Assembly: GCA_907165135.1 (NCBI GenBank)
Contig: OU015568.1
Span: 1,116,001 to 1,180,000 of the forward strand
DNA length: 64,000 bases
Direction: 5' to 3'
DNA from: Oikopleura dioica
Lineage: Eukaryota; Animalia; Chordata
Position 1 is the first letter of the stretch. Each line of letters starts with the position of its first letter. Shown one piece after another: positions 47,901 through 58,106 of the stretch. The notes under the pieces were generated by a model, which worked only from the letters and a program-made list of their open reading frames with translations, did no database searches and was not told the DNA's origin. A program made the translations under genes and the position numbers.

Positions 47901-50900
47901 TTCTGCGTAGGCAAGGGACGCAGCTGTGGACGTAGTTAGAAACATCGTCTTGAAATGAAGGCCACCAAACGTCCTCTAATCGCTCTAAAGTCCGCGGCTC
48001 GCCCAGATGACCGGACAAGTCGTGAGCTAGAAAGAGAAAGTGACTTTTACCGCTTCCGGTACCACCGCCCGCGCGCCAGATTTGAATTGACACATCAAGC
48101 ACCCGGTAGTGTTATCCAGGAACAGAGCTTTTTCCATCTTGAGTAGAGACGATTGTCGGTGGTCGGAGTCCTTCACCAGCGATTTTATGTCCAGTGGCTC
48201 CTTACCAGATTCCAGAAAAGTGATGATTGCACTCAGAGCAGAGTCCTCCCTTTGATAGTCCAGAATGTTATTATAATTCGCTGACACCAACGGAATCTCC
48301 ATTGGCGCCGCGATAGCCTTGACGTTTACCTTATGTATCTTCACCTCTGATAAAGTGATTTTCTCCGGAAACTGATTTTCGTTCCAGAAAGGGACGAAGA
48401 CACGTACTGGTGAATTCTTGTCGATTTCGTACTCGCGACCAACGGGAAACTCAGAGTCGTATCCAAGTGATTTGTCGTCCTCGCCAGGTCTGCGGCTCAT
48501 AAAGTCGGCGAATTGATTTTCTGATCCCTTGATGTAGACAATGTGAAAATCGAATTCTTCCAATCGGCTTTGCCATCGGCTTATTTTAGAATTCTTGAAC
48601 TTCTTTTTGTGTAGGAAGATCAAAGATCGGTGGTCTGTGTGAATCTGAAAGAATCTACCTTTCAGGAGCTTTTCCAGTCGCTCGCAGCACCAGACAATGC
48701 TAAACATTTCCTTTTCTGAAGTGTTCCATTTTCTTTCAGCTTTGTTGAAGGTGTGGGAAATCGCGCTTACTAGGTGCACTCTCCCGCCATACTCTTGTAG
48801 CAGGACGCCACCCGCTGCGTACAGGCTCGCGTCTGTGTAGAGATGAAAAGACTCGTCAAAGTTAGGAAAACTTATGACTGGAGTCTCGGAGAGTCGTCGT
48901 TGAATTTCCTTGAGCGCCAAATCCGCTTCTTTGGTCCACTTGAAACAATTTGTTTCGTTCGCCGAATTTCGAACATCGTTTATGGGCTTCATTCTGCTCG
49001 AGAAGCAACCGGATGAAATAGCTTCGCCCATTTTCGTTTCTAGAAAACCTCGGATCCAATTCAATGACCCGATTAATGAAGCTAACTCCTTTTGGGAGCG
49101 TGGGGGTTTCATCTGACGAAGAGCGGAGACTTGCGCAGGGTCCGGTTTGATTCCATCTTCGTTGATGATTCGGCCCAAAAAGTGAGCTTCGGATTGTAGG
49201 AAAGAGCACTTTTCGCCCTTGAGTTTAGCGTTAAACTTGCGGAGCGCGATGAATAGGTTTCGGAGAGTGTTGTAATAGCAGCTGAAAGTCTTCCCAAAAC
49301 ACACTATGTCATCGATATAAGAAAGCATCTTTTTCCTGGTGGGGCTTGAGTCGAGAATTGTGTTTACGACGCGCGAGAATATATTCCCCGAGCATCGATA
49401 ACCGAATGGTAGTCTGCAGAAGGCGTAAGATTTCCCACCCCACTGGAAGGAAGTCTTGTACCTGTCGCTTTTCTTTACAGGGCACTGCCAATATCCACTT
49501 CGTAGATCAACTGTGGCGAAAAACTTATTGCCCGGTCCAATGTTCGCAATCGTATCCTCCATGCTTGGGAGATGGTAAGGGTCGGATTTGTCGGAGAGGC
49601 ATTTGTTCAGGCTGTTTTTGTAGTTGATGCAGAAGCGCATTTCCCCAGATTTCTTAGGAATAGGCAATACCGGGCTGTTAAACCCTTTCTGGTCTTTGAT
49701 CTCTTCTATTATTTTCGTTTCGAGCAGTTCGGAGATGTGATCGCTGACCTGACCATGAAAAGCTTGCGGAATCGGGTGTTGACTGATGTTTCGACTCGTA
49801 CCATCAGTCGGGATTTCGATCTCGAACGGGAATTCACCCATTTTTTGACCGTCGCAGCCGAATCTGTCGTCGAATTCCAAACACAGCTCGGCGACCACCT
49901 TCTTTTGCCCCGGGTCGGCGTTTGCTGGTAGGGTAATTCCGAGTTTTTGCTTCGCTAGCTGAATGGGGCACCTGGCTGCGTTCTTGTTAGGTGCGTCCAG
50001 CTTTGGGACTTTTGGTGGCGGTTGAGTGCGGGATCGATCGCTATCCTTGACCGCTGATCTAGTAGTCAAGTATTTCTTGATTTTGGTCCGCTTCACTCCG
50101 TCCAGCTTCACCACTTGAGTCTCAGTTTGTGTGAAGGCTTCGTTGTAGCAAAATGAGAGAGTACGATTCTTATTGTCGACTGTGAAGCTGTCCGTCATCG
50201 CATTCTCTAGTATATCGCGGCCCAGTAGACTTGGGTATTTACTGCCTGGCATAATGGTGAGATTCAGGGAGAATGCAGGGCCACCATTGAATGATAAGCG
50301 GCAGGGAAGGATACCCATCGGCTGCTCGGCGGGAATATTTGGGCTGAAACCGGTGACCTTGAAGGGACAGGGCTTCAGCATCTGGAGAAATTCGTCGGGA
50401 ACGTAAGCAGCGGACAGACAGGAGGACTCGGCTCCGCTGTCGACTTCCATCGATACGTCAAAACTTTTAGAGCCCGTAATGATGGTAGCCGAAGCGAAAT
50501 AAGCCTTTCCTGGTCGCTTCTTCTTCACTGTGTAAAAGTGAACGTCGAATGGTTGGAAATCTTCAACGTTCTTAGTCGTATTTATCTTCTTGGATTCTGG
50601 TTGTTTATCGTCTTTCCCATCCTTAGAATCGTTGCTGGCGCGCTTAGCATTCTTCTTCTTTTTGTTCTTATTTCTGTTGAAGTGCTGGGAGACGGTCGCG
50701 CTGTCAACTCGATTCTGTCTTGTGGATTGGGCGAGACGGCAGAGTTCGTTGATATCGTAAACTTTTGATAGGCTTGGAAGGATTGCGTTGAAAACGTCTG
50801 GTTCTTCTTTCCTAAGATTCAAGTACAGCATCATCGTCGAGAATATGTCAAATATTTCATCGACCCCGGCGTCGGCTGACTTCTCTTGTCGGTAAGAGTT

Positions 50901-52969
50901 CAAAGTCGCTTGCTTCGCCTCGTTCATCTTTTGCAAGACGTTGGCGGTGTAGTGTGCAAACGGCTTCGAATGGTCGTATTCGACGTCGAAAACTTCGCTT
51001 AGCTTCAGTAAGTAGTGACTCTTCGCGGCGAATGATTTCTCTAGCAGCGCCTTGGCCGATTTCCAGTCTTGACAATTCAGAAATTCGGTTCCAAGTGAGC
51101 GTTCGATGTTCAAGTCGAAGTGGCTGTACACTGCTGCGATGAAAGGCTGTTCACGTGAAGGTCTGTCGCGGACGTAGGCGCGGTGATAAATGTCGGCTCT
51201 GCCCAAGAAGGTGTTGAAAGATGTGTTGCATGCGGCGTCCAGCTTCGGCAAGTCTTGGACGTGACGAGACCAGGTAGTGGCCACCCATGCTTCTTCTCTC
51301 ATTGTCGCATTCGTAGAGTCTTTTCCTTGATCGAGCTCGCAGGTAAGAAGCGTTGTACTGAGCTGTTCTAATTTTACTCTGCTTTCTGTGATCAAGGGCT
51401 CTAGGCTTGGCTTTAGTGATTCGTCATTTCGCACTTGTTCTTCGAGGTAGTTTACTCGATCGTTTATGCTTCTTATTTCGGTGACGGTTTCTAGCAGTGA
51501 TTTGTTCGCCGCCATAGCTCGAAATATATCGGCAGTAAGGGTTTATGGGCCTTGGATTACCTTTCAGGCCCTCAGAAAATACTGCGACTAAAAGTCGCAA
51601 TATGATGAGCTGAGGTGCCTTTTTGCGCAAACGCCCGACGATTTCTCTGTCCAGCGATTGTCGAAATTTCAAGGTCTGGTCCAAGGGTCGATTCTTCGTA
51701 AACTTCTCTCGATTTTTGGTGAAAAGTGGCGAAAGAATTATGTTTTTCTCAGTATTTTAGGTTTTCCCCGGCGTGCGTGCGTGGTTGCGTGGGCGCGACT
51801 TTCGGCGCGTGGGTCGTGGTGGCGCTCGTGTGGTGGCGCTCGCTCGGGGTGGTGTTGGTGTGGTGCGGCGCGGAAAATTCTCTGAGTGGAGTTTCTCCGG
51901 CGGCGCGGTGGCGGTTGGTGATTCGGTTCCCCTCGACTCCGCTGACGGCCAATCAGCGTCCAAGTTGCGAAACTTCGGTTGTCGATGGCGGAAAATTTAC
52001 CTTTTCTCCAACGGGACTACTCTGATACCACTGAAGGGATCCTAGCTTCTGCTGAATCTCCCACTTCTAGCGTAGTTTGCCTGCTCTCTATATCTGGACG
52101 AGTGAAGAAAACGAGTAAAGTATCTTGACGTCTGTATTTCGAGCTGGAGTAAAATAGAGGTTAATTCACGAACTGCGTGAATTACCGAATGAAGAGAAAT
52201 ACACGGCGGCGACCGAGCAAAGCTCGATCTAGATAAGCAAGTGACCTTAGGGGACGAGGGAGTCTAACGAATCTAAGATCCCAATATGAACTTAAATTGT
52301 AGATAAAAACCTTTTTGGTCGATTGAGTTATTGAGCCAAAGAAATAAATTTCTCCTTTGAGCAAGGAGCTGCCAGATCCCTCCAGATACGGGTTTGTCCC
52401 ATCAAGCGGGAAGTCAAATTGACGATCCTCCTAAAAACTGATATAAAACGAATAACGGTTTTTCATTTACTTTGAATTCTCCATCGGCAGAAATAATGTA
52501 GTTGAAACTTGCGTAGCCAAGATTCTCAATATTATAAGGCTGACTTTGGCAAATTACTGTAACGTGGGGCTGACAACTGTATCTGCTTCGGCAAGAGCAG
52601 TCTGCGGGACATTTTGTCATGCACAGACAAATGCTGTTTGAGCATCCATCGCAACCATTCGGATAATAGCGAAAACAAGGACAGGAGGAATAGCACTCTT
52701 CAAAATCGTTATCAAATATAAAATTTCCTTTAACCAGTGAATTGGGAAGAACACTCAATCTCACATGAAGCCGTACTACAATTACTAAGGCAAGTTGTAT
52801 ATTCTTGCGCACATTGATTGTAGCAGATTTCCCCGATTTCGGCATCGCTTTGAAAAAAAAAAGAAAAAAATTTTTTAGATCAAATCGTTCAAACTTACGG
52901 ACAATCAGAGTCAAATCCAGTCTGCTGACCAAAAGCGAAAGATATTAATAAAATTTTTTGATGTAACAT
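44961..52969 (-). CDS. Secreted Cys-rich + kelch-like beta-propeller protein; one intron holds the LTR element
   Basis: ATG 52969. CYNQC..C..C..CSSCPC...PNGCDGC module. Intron 52310-45783 joins STKK|IAKLSGC in frame. Kelch-like GG..Y, W and FGG motifs. Stop at 44961. Confidence 0.7.
45799..46053 (-). repeat. 3' LTR
   Basis: No difference from 52032-52286 found by eye. Termini TA...CA on the element strand. Confidence 0.95.
46054..46059 (-). other. Polypurine tract (GGGGGG) abutting the 3' LTR
   Basis: CCCCCC on the + strand directly next to the LTR. Confidence 0.75.
46363..48102 (-). CDS. Integrase (HHCC, DDE core, GPY/F) with a long Ser/Pro/Thr-rich C-terminal extension
   Basis: AHDLSGHLG...CVPC, IQIDF, HSDRG, AERAN, RWVGP. 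Confidence 0.93.
   Translation of the reverse strand: MLDVSIQIWRAGGGTGSGKSHFLFLAHDLSGHLGEPRTLERLEDVWWPSFQDDVSNYVHSCVPCLRRKGSAGTRTKPPLGTLRRGKTAGESIQIDFACMPPAGGFKYYLVVADTFSRYTWCIPTRSDTAICAAKALIYKVFLPMDFLPKHLHSDRGTHFCASVIDEMCKLNQIKHTISTAFHPQSNAFAERANRTIKNSLFCMVNSSSGRKTWADCVPHVMRALNSVKNKSTKISPREVWFGRKSTFTHSTGAEMTAETPQVFGLNVGALAKSAEAIVKTAMEAADRAMEHRLKNEPKPRPIPAGAVVYIKRENLTDAKSKKERWVGPLKAVSSNDWVVMVEDKKGQRDFIHREHVVHAAERNHDLRWIDYYEAEYVFPHLTEIVKSKVPQKSPVPTSKPMEKSGSKSHGGRKSSQVASTPMVAMEKPPRSSLSPILESRRRLDMENLGDTTATSILDSSVAPAEPSDRWYSGGTLYETAEDMSADATVISEVAAPDNSHMSVDKHNSTVVEGSATENSKKRTRPKSSPDRQYSAGADPNATLTEVGAAHLPKHTKRAHRETRPVEPLNIGTNSGQSYD
48027..51515 (-). CDS. Gag-protease-RT-RNase H polyprotein
   Basis: VDSGAE (protease), RFCINYK, DLRSGYWQ, LPFG, YIDD (RT), YTDAS and IHTDHRSL (RNase H). 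Gag is in frame with Pol. Confidence 0.96.
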   Translation of the reverse strand: MAANKSLLETVTEIRSINDRVNYLEEQVRNDESLKPSLEPLITESRVKLEQLSTTLLTCELDQGKDSTNATMREEAWVATTWSRHVQDLPKLDAACNTSFNTFLGRADIYHRAYVRDRPSREQPFIAAVYSHFDLNIERSLGTEFLNCQDWKSAKALLEKSFAAKSHYLLKLSEVFDVEYDHSKPFAHYTANVLQKMNEAKQATLNSYRQEKSADAGVDEIFDIFSTMMLYLNLRKEEPDVFNAILPSLSKVYDINELCRLAQSTRQNRVDSATVSQHFNRNKNKKKKNAKRASNDSKDGKDDKQPESKKINTTKNVEDFQPFDVHFYTVKKKRPGKAYFASATIITGSKSFDVSMEVDSGAESSCLSAAYVPDEFLQMLKPCPFKVTGFSPNIPAEQPMGILPCRLSFNGGPAFSLNLTIMPGSKYPSLLGRDILENAMTDSFTVDNKNRTLSFCYNEAFTQTETQVVKLDGVKRTKIKKYLTTRSAVKDSDRSRTQPPPKVPKLDAPNKNAARCPIQLAKQKLGITLPANADPGQKKVVAELCLEFDDRFGCDGQKMGEFPFEIEIPTDGTSRNISQHPIPQAFHGQVSDHISELLETKIIEEIKDQKGFNSPVLPIPKKSGEMRFCINYKNSLNKCLSDKSDPYHLPSMEDTIANIGPGNKFFATVDLRSGYWQCPVKKSDRYKTSFQWGGKSYAFCRLPFGYRCSGNIFSRVVNTILDSSPTRKKMLSYIDDIVCFGKTFSCYYNTLRNLFIALRKFNAKLKGEKCSFLQSEAHFLGRIINEDGIKPDPAQVSALRQMKPPRSQKELASLIGSLNWIRGFLETKMGEAISSGCFSSRMKPINDVRNSANETNCFKWTKEADLALKEIQRRLSETPVISFPNFDESFHLYTDASLYAAGGVLLQEYGGRVHLVSAISHTFNKAERKWNTSEKEMFSIVWCCERLEKLLKGRFFQIHTDHRSLIFLHKKKFKNSKISRWQSRLEEFDFHIVYIKGSENQFADFMSRRPGEDDKSLGYDSEFPVGREYEIDKNSPVRVFVPFWNENQFPEKITLSEVKIHKVNVKAIAAPMEIPLVSANYNNILDYQREDSALSAIITFLESGKEPLDIKSLVKDSDHRQSSLLKMEKALFLDNTTGCLMCQFKSGARAVVPEAVKVTFSF
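52020..52030 (-). other. Primer-binding site TGGTATCAGAG
   Basis: Lies 1 nt after the 5' LTR and begins TGG, complementary to tRNA CCA. Resembles initiator tRNA-Met PBS. Confidence 0.85.
52032..52286 (-). repeat. 5' LTR
   Basis: Direct repeat of 45799-46053. Confidence 0.95.
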
Positions 52970-52972
52970 GGG

Positions 52973-53301
52973 TAGGCCCCTCGCTTAAAACCAAAAGTCC
53001 ACCTACGAGAGCTCTGATTTAGACGTTTGTAGGCTCTTTTGAAAGAGCATTAAAATCTCTACAAGAAAATCTATATTAAAATTTTGCAAAATGATATTTA
53101 GGGTATATTTGCGTAGGTTGAAATTTCGACCAAAAATCAGTTTTTACGCTCTTAAAATTACAAATATAATTCTGCAAGAATACGACTAGCATATTCTTGA
53201 TCAGCTTTTCATTCTCTTTCTATAGACCCCTCAATCGTCCGCATCAGAGATCTCGTAGGTGGTTTTTGAAAAAATGGAGCGTTTTTTAAGCGAGGGGCCT
53301 A
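52973..53301. mobile_element. hAT-type MITE (329 bp)
   Basis: 18-bp TIR TAGGCCCCTCGCTTAAAA / TTTTAAGCGAGGGGCCTA. Perfect 8-bp TSD AACATGGG (52965-52972, 53302-53309). Confidence 0.9.
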
Positions 53302-53466
53302 AACATGGGTCTCTTGGGGAAAGAAAAGTCGCTTAAAATAGCATAAGAATACAAAGCAAATGCTAAAATGGTCGGCGAGTTCGACAAACTTTGAAGCCAG
53401 AGATTTTAATGAATAATGAATATTTTATTTGAACAGAAAACCTCGAGGAACAGGCAAAATCGGGAA

Positions 53467-54560
53467 TCAGTCCCACTTTTCCGGAGCAATATGGCCAAGT
53501 AAGTAGACATTGTCATAATAATCTCCAACTTCGGACGTAAATTTTTCGCAGCTAGCATCAGCATTTTCAAGAGCTCGTAGAGTATTTTTGATAAACTTAA
53601 TTTGGTAAATAAATGTCAATTCTTAAGGGTGTACCTCTCGTTTGCTCATCTTATTTCTTATTTGTCCCGCAAGGGCAAATTGATCAACGCTCAATAAAAC
53701 CAGAGCATAGGCGATGATCGACACTCCATCAAAAGTCACGTGGGAGTCCTGAGCGTTTTGAGTCGAAAACTCTCGGGAGAAGATGGCGAGAACAGTATCC
53801 ATTCGTTGCCGGTCGCCAAGAACTGGGACATGGAACATGGCGAAGAATTTTCGAAGACTTGTCGGCAAAAATTGATCCTGAAGTTAAATTTTTAAATTCC
53901 GTATGAAAAAACACAGCTGACCTTGAAATTCATCATTCCGGTCAAATGCTCCAAAACATCAGTGTTCTTCCTCAAAGTCAAAAAACTCCTGACTTGATTC
54001 CAATGAAGCCTTGTTGTACCATTTATAAACTGTGCGATTCCTCGCGAATCAGTTCTTTTCAGCAGCTCTTTTTCGTCAAGAAACTTGAGTCCCCATTCAG
54101 GCTCTACGTTGAATTGAACACATGACTCGTCGAGAAGGAGATACAAGGATTTCCAGCTTTTGGGCTTGTTTTTGTAAAGAGAATCGGGGATTTTCCAAGT
54201 TCTTTTGCACAGATTCTCCCAAACGGATCCATCTGAGCCGAGTTCAGACCAAACACAACTCGCGAGGGACAAGTCTGAAGAGGTTTTTTGGATAAAAAGA
54301 GCCATAAAAGATATTCAATAAATATATTTTTAGTCTCGAAATCCGAAAAAACATCATCTTTTGAACCCTCAGTTTCTGTCTCAATAAGTTATTTTCTACC
54401 TGTCGCATCAAGATATTTTAGAACTTTTAGCGATACTTCAGCTGGAAAGTTGCTCAAGTCACACGTTTTTGATTCTGACATTCTGAGATGTCGCAGAATG
54501 TCGGCGAAGCCATTCGCGATATAGATCTGAACATATTCACTGAGGTTATTTGATTGACAA
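53467..54560 (-). CDS. FBXO8: F-box + Sec7 domain protein (5' end uncertain)
   Basis: DLSNFPAEVSLKVLKYLDAT|DLSLASCVW...LCKRTW (F-box). Sec7-like region ending KMSKRE|FIKNT...YYDNVYLLGHIA, matching the FBXO8 C-terminus as I recall it. Confidence 0.88.
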
Positions 54561-55346
54561 GAAATATTATGCGCTCTTCATTTAACTTGTTTGTTATGAA
54601 ATGAAATTCTAAATTTATAATGTCATATTAATATGATTGATTTATGTTATGCTTGAATTCATCTTTTTGAGAATAATGCTAAATGATTGATAATAACAAA
54701 GAATTAACGAATCTTGATCATAATTTAATTCATAATTAAAGCCCTAAATACCTCTGATATCTTATTCGAAATCAGCTGATAAGCGCAGTATCCAACTTGA
54801 ACCAGGAAATCCCGTTCTCTGAGCAGCTCGCTCATGCTGGCAGAATATGACCCCTATCTTATTCAATTAGCTGAGGTGTCACGATCAGGTCTTCTGTTTT
54901 ATCTTTTATGGCTGGCTCTCGGGAAAACAAAAGACTTGGAGGAATTCATGGAGAATTAGAAGTGATCGCGGATTGGACAAAAATGACCAATGAGCGAAAA
55001 GGTATGCCAAGTGCTTCTAGTAGTGAGACGTCTGAAAAGGTACCGACTGTTTTACAGTACAGTCGATGGTCTTCGGACAACAGCCTCTACTGTAGTACCT
55101 TACTGATTATTGTCGAAATAAGGGGGTCAATTTAAACAAGAAAAATGACTCTAGAATGCCTCAATTTTCATGGATAAAGTACAAGTACTCATCAGAGTCC
55201 TTTATTCAAAGAATAATTTTATACAAATTTATTATATTTACACAAATATATTCACAGGAGTTAAGGATTAATGCAGAGGTAATATATTGATATTGAACTT
55301 TGAGGTTTTATATAAAAAAATAATTCGGCAGTTTAAAATATTATCT

Positions 55347-58106
55347 TTACAAATAAAATTGAGCAGATTCTCTTCGCTTGAAAAGATTCATCAAACTTGT
55401 TCGAACCGGCTTCACTCGCATGGAGTAGAGTAGTGGGTTGAGTGATGAGTTAATTTGCAGAAGAGTGGTACCAATCATCGATATAATCGGAGAAGCTGAA
55501 AGAATTTTATTAAATTGATCTGGTTTTATGATTTCTGATTATTTTGAGCATAGTTACTGATGGAATATGCTGATGGAATGGATTTTATCCATCTCTTTCA
55601 GCATAATTGCGATCTCAAAACGCCTCAATCTTTTATTCTTATTCATAAAATTTTATATAACGAAGGAAAATAAGATTAATTTTCGAATAACTTAAGCGCT
55701 TTCTCAGTTCAAAATGACTGCTCATTTTTCTTACCAGCAAAAGTCGTCAAAAACGGAGCAAGGAAGAATCCAACTTGAGTCAAGAAAATCGTCGCAACAA
55801 GAAGAATCATCACTTCTCCAGCTTTTTCGGAAACGGTAAGGGCATCTCGTTTTGTTTGAAATTTGTGGATCATGTGGAGGGACTTGTTCGAGACGGCTAG
55901 GATCTTGTTCTTCATAACTTGGAAGTTGGATGAGGTCTTTTGGGAGTCGCCGGAAATTGATTCTTCGCAGCCAGAACCGGTTGATCCTGAAATTAATTTT
56001 GAAGAATTTGAAGATTGAGAAAACCCTAACCCTAACCCTAACAGTAAAATTAATTCCTACTGAGCTTTGTCGTAATACTAAGAGTTTTATCTTACCTTGA
56101 GAACAATATCCAGAAGAAAGAGTTTCCTGGCTCCCGCTTTCCAAATCGCATGAAGGATGCAAGATCATGTCCGCTTTTGAGCTGTGGATCACTTGATAGT
56201 TGAGTCGGGAAACGTCTGGCATTGAAAAACTCCGCTTTGGGGCCGCATTGATATTGGGGAAAATGATTGTCGATCGGCGGGCTCGGATCTTTTTCTGAGC
56301 CGCGATGGCGACTCTGGACATGCGGAAATAGAAGGTGGAGATGATGAGGATGCAGAGGATAAAGATGGCCAGGCAGAGAATCGAGTACCACCTTAAATTT
56401 TTTTGTAAAGAACTTAGAGATTTTCAATATGTTTCCGGAAAAATTCCGTCAAAGTCAACCTCAAAAAATATGTTTTTTCAAGCTCCTGGTTTCAAGGATT
56501 GACACCCTTGAAAAATCTTTAACAACCTTAACAACTTTAAAAGGCTTTAATTTGGAATTAATTTGCGAAGAGCGTCGCGCTGCTTCCGGCTCAGCGCCGG
56601 ATAAGCTTGTCGGAAGTGGCTGGAATTAAGAGGATGAGGAGCGAGAAAAAACATTTTTAAAGATTGAAATTGATGAATTTTAGTGAAGAGAAATTTTCTC
56701 TTACCTTGGTGTTGCGGTGCCGAACGAGCAGGTTTCCACCGCTTCATCTTCTCCTTTTGCCAATTTTACGAGAAGAGGTAGTACAGACAAAATACAGGAG
56801 CATCCCCAAGTCGAGCCAATGAACATCTTGTTTGCGAGTCGACTTCTGCTGCTGCTGTTAGAAACAGTCAGAAACCGCTCGATTGAAATGAACACCAAGC
56901 CGAAGAGAGAAGCAAAGTGCGGAACTAAAAGGATTCGTTACATTTTGCTTCGCGTTTTCAGATCGATCAGTTCAGGTACATGCGCCCAAGATTCAAGGGG
57001 AGAGCATATGGGAGCCACTTGAAGGCTTTTTGAAATTGAAACAAGGGGATTTAGCTGACTGGAACGAATTTTTTTCGGTTCAATTTTGTCTTCTTGATTC
57101 TTACCTTGGATGGAAGCTAAAGCTCCGGAGCAAGCAATAACAGTCGAAAAGAAACCAATTCTAGCAGCAACTGTTAGGGGAATGCTAATCAAGCCGACAC
57201 AAAGATCAGCTGCGGCCAAGGAAAGGATTAGCTCGTGCGACGACTTCCGGCGTAATCGGCCAGGGCCCAACATCCTGAACAAAATAAATGAAAACAGCGC
57301 CAAGGTCAGGGTCAGGGTCTTGACCGGGATTGGGATTAAGGGGCTTGGGGAGGGAAGGATTAGGAGTTATATAAAATAATATTACGCCTAAACATTTGTT
57401 TACCCAATTTTTACTGCTTGAAAAGTAAAATTTTATTTCTAAAATAAAAAATCATATTATCCTTGATACCCTTAAATAAGAGGAAGAGCTTGAACTTTTA
57501 CGATGAAGGTCAAAAGTTCAAACTCACTCAGACTTCTCAATCGCCCCTAAACCCGCATGGGAATTCCTATTTTCGCCCTGCTGAACATATCGGTCCCTAC
57601 ATCGGGGTTACAACACAAGCAAGCGCGCTTTGTTTATACAAGAGTTGTACCCTTGACTTGCAATATCCCCTGCCTAAATAGGCCAACGAAAGGAATTGCG
57701 AAATTTTGGTCTTCGCGAAAATTGAAGGTTAGTTTACGCAATTGATTCTTATCGGAAGAATGACCTCAAATTGCCATTTTATTCAAACGGGCTCCTCTAA
57801 GTAATTTTTCTCAACTCCTTTCGACCATTTTAGCCAATAAATAATTTGTAGTTAAAAATAAAATATAAACAAAAATTTTTCTAAGACTTTCTATTTAAAA
57901 TTTTTGAAAAGTTATATTTTTTTTAACCAAGCGGCTTCAAGATCAAATAAGAAATTATTTCATTAATCATTTCCTTAAAAATGACAATCATAAAATGGTT
58001 ACCTGGTCAGTGCGAGGGCCACTAGAATATTGCCAACGACGATTATCAGCGACAGAAAACTCTCGATTCCGACGAAAATTGCAAGTGAAAAATCAAAATT
58101 ATCCAT
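55347..58106 (-). CDS. Class A (rhodopsin-like) GPCR with a long third intracellular loop
   Basis: TM1 GNILVALAL (exon 58106-58003), TM2 SLAAADLCVGLISIP, TM3 ISIERF, TM4 STWGCS, TM7 INSSLNPLLYS. Stop at 55347. Confidence 0.88.
56022..56042 (-). repeat. Interstitial (TTAGGG)3 telomere-like tract in a GPCR intron
   Basis: AACCCTAACCCTAACCCTAAC on the + strand. Confidence 0.6.

Larger units (their letters stand above)
45799..52286 (-). mobile_element. Full-length Ty3/gypsy LTR retrotransposon (Tor-like, no env ORF)
   Basis: 255-bp LTRs, 4-bp TSD TGAA, PBS, PPT, Gag-PR-RT-RH-IN order. Confidence 0.97.

Noticed and set aside
46371-51371. Plus-strand and alternative-frame ORFs inside the LTR element as env or accessory genes
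   Set aside because: They are short, overlap gag-pol, and have no signal peptide or TM pattern. There is no room for env between IN and the PPT (~310 bp).
51690-52045. GC-rich leader ORFs of the retrotransposon
   Set aside because: They arise from low-complexity CCA/GCG runs and non-ATG starts. The region is more simply a structured 5' UTR or packaging region.
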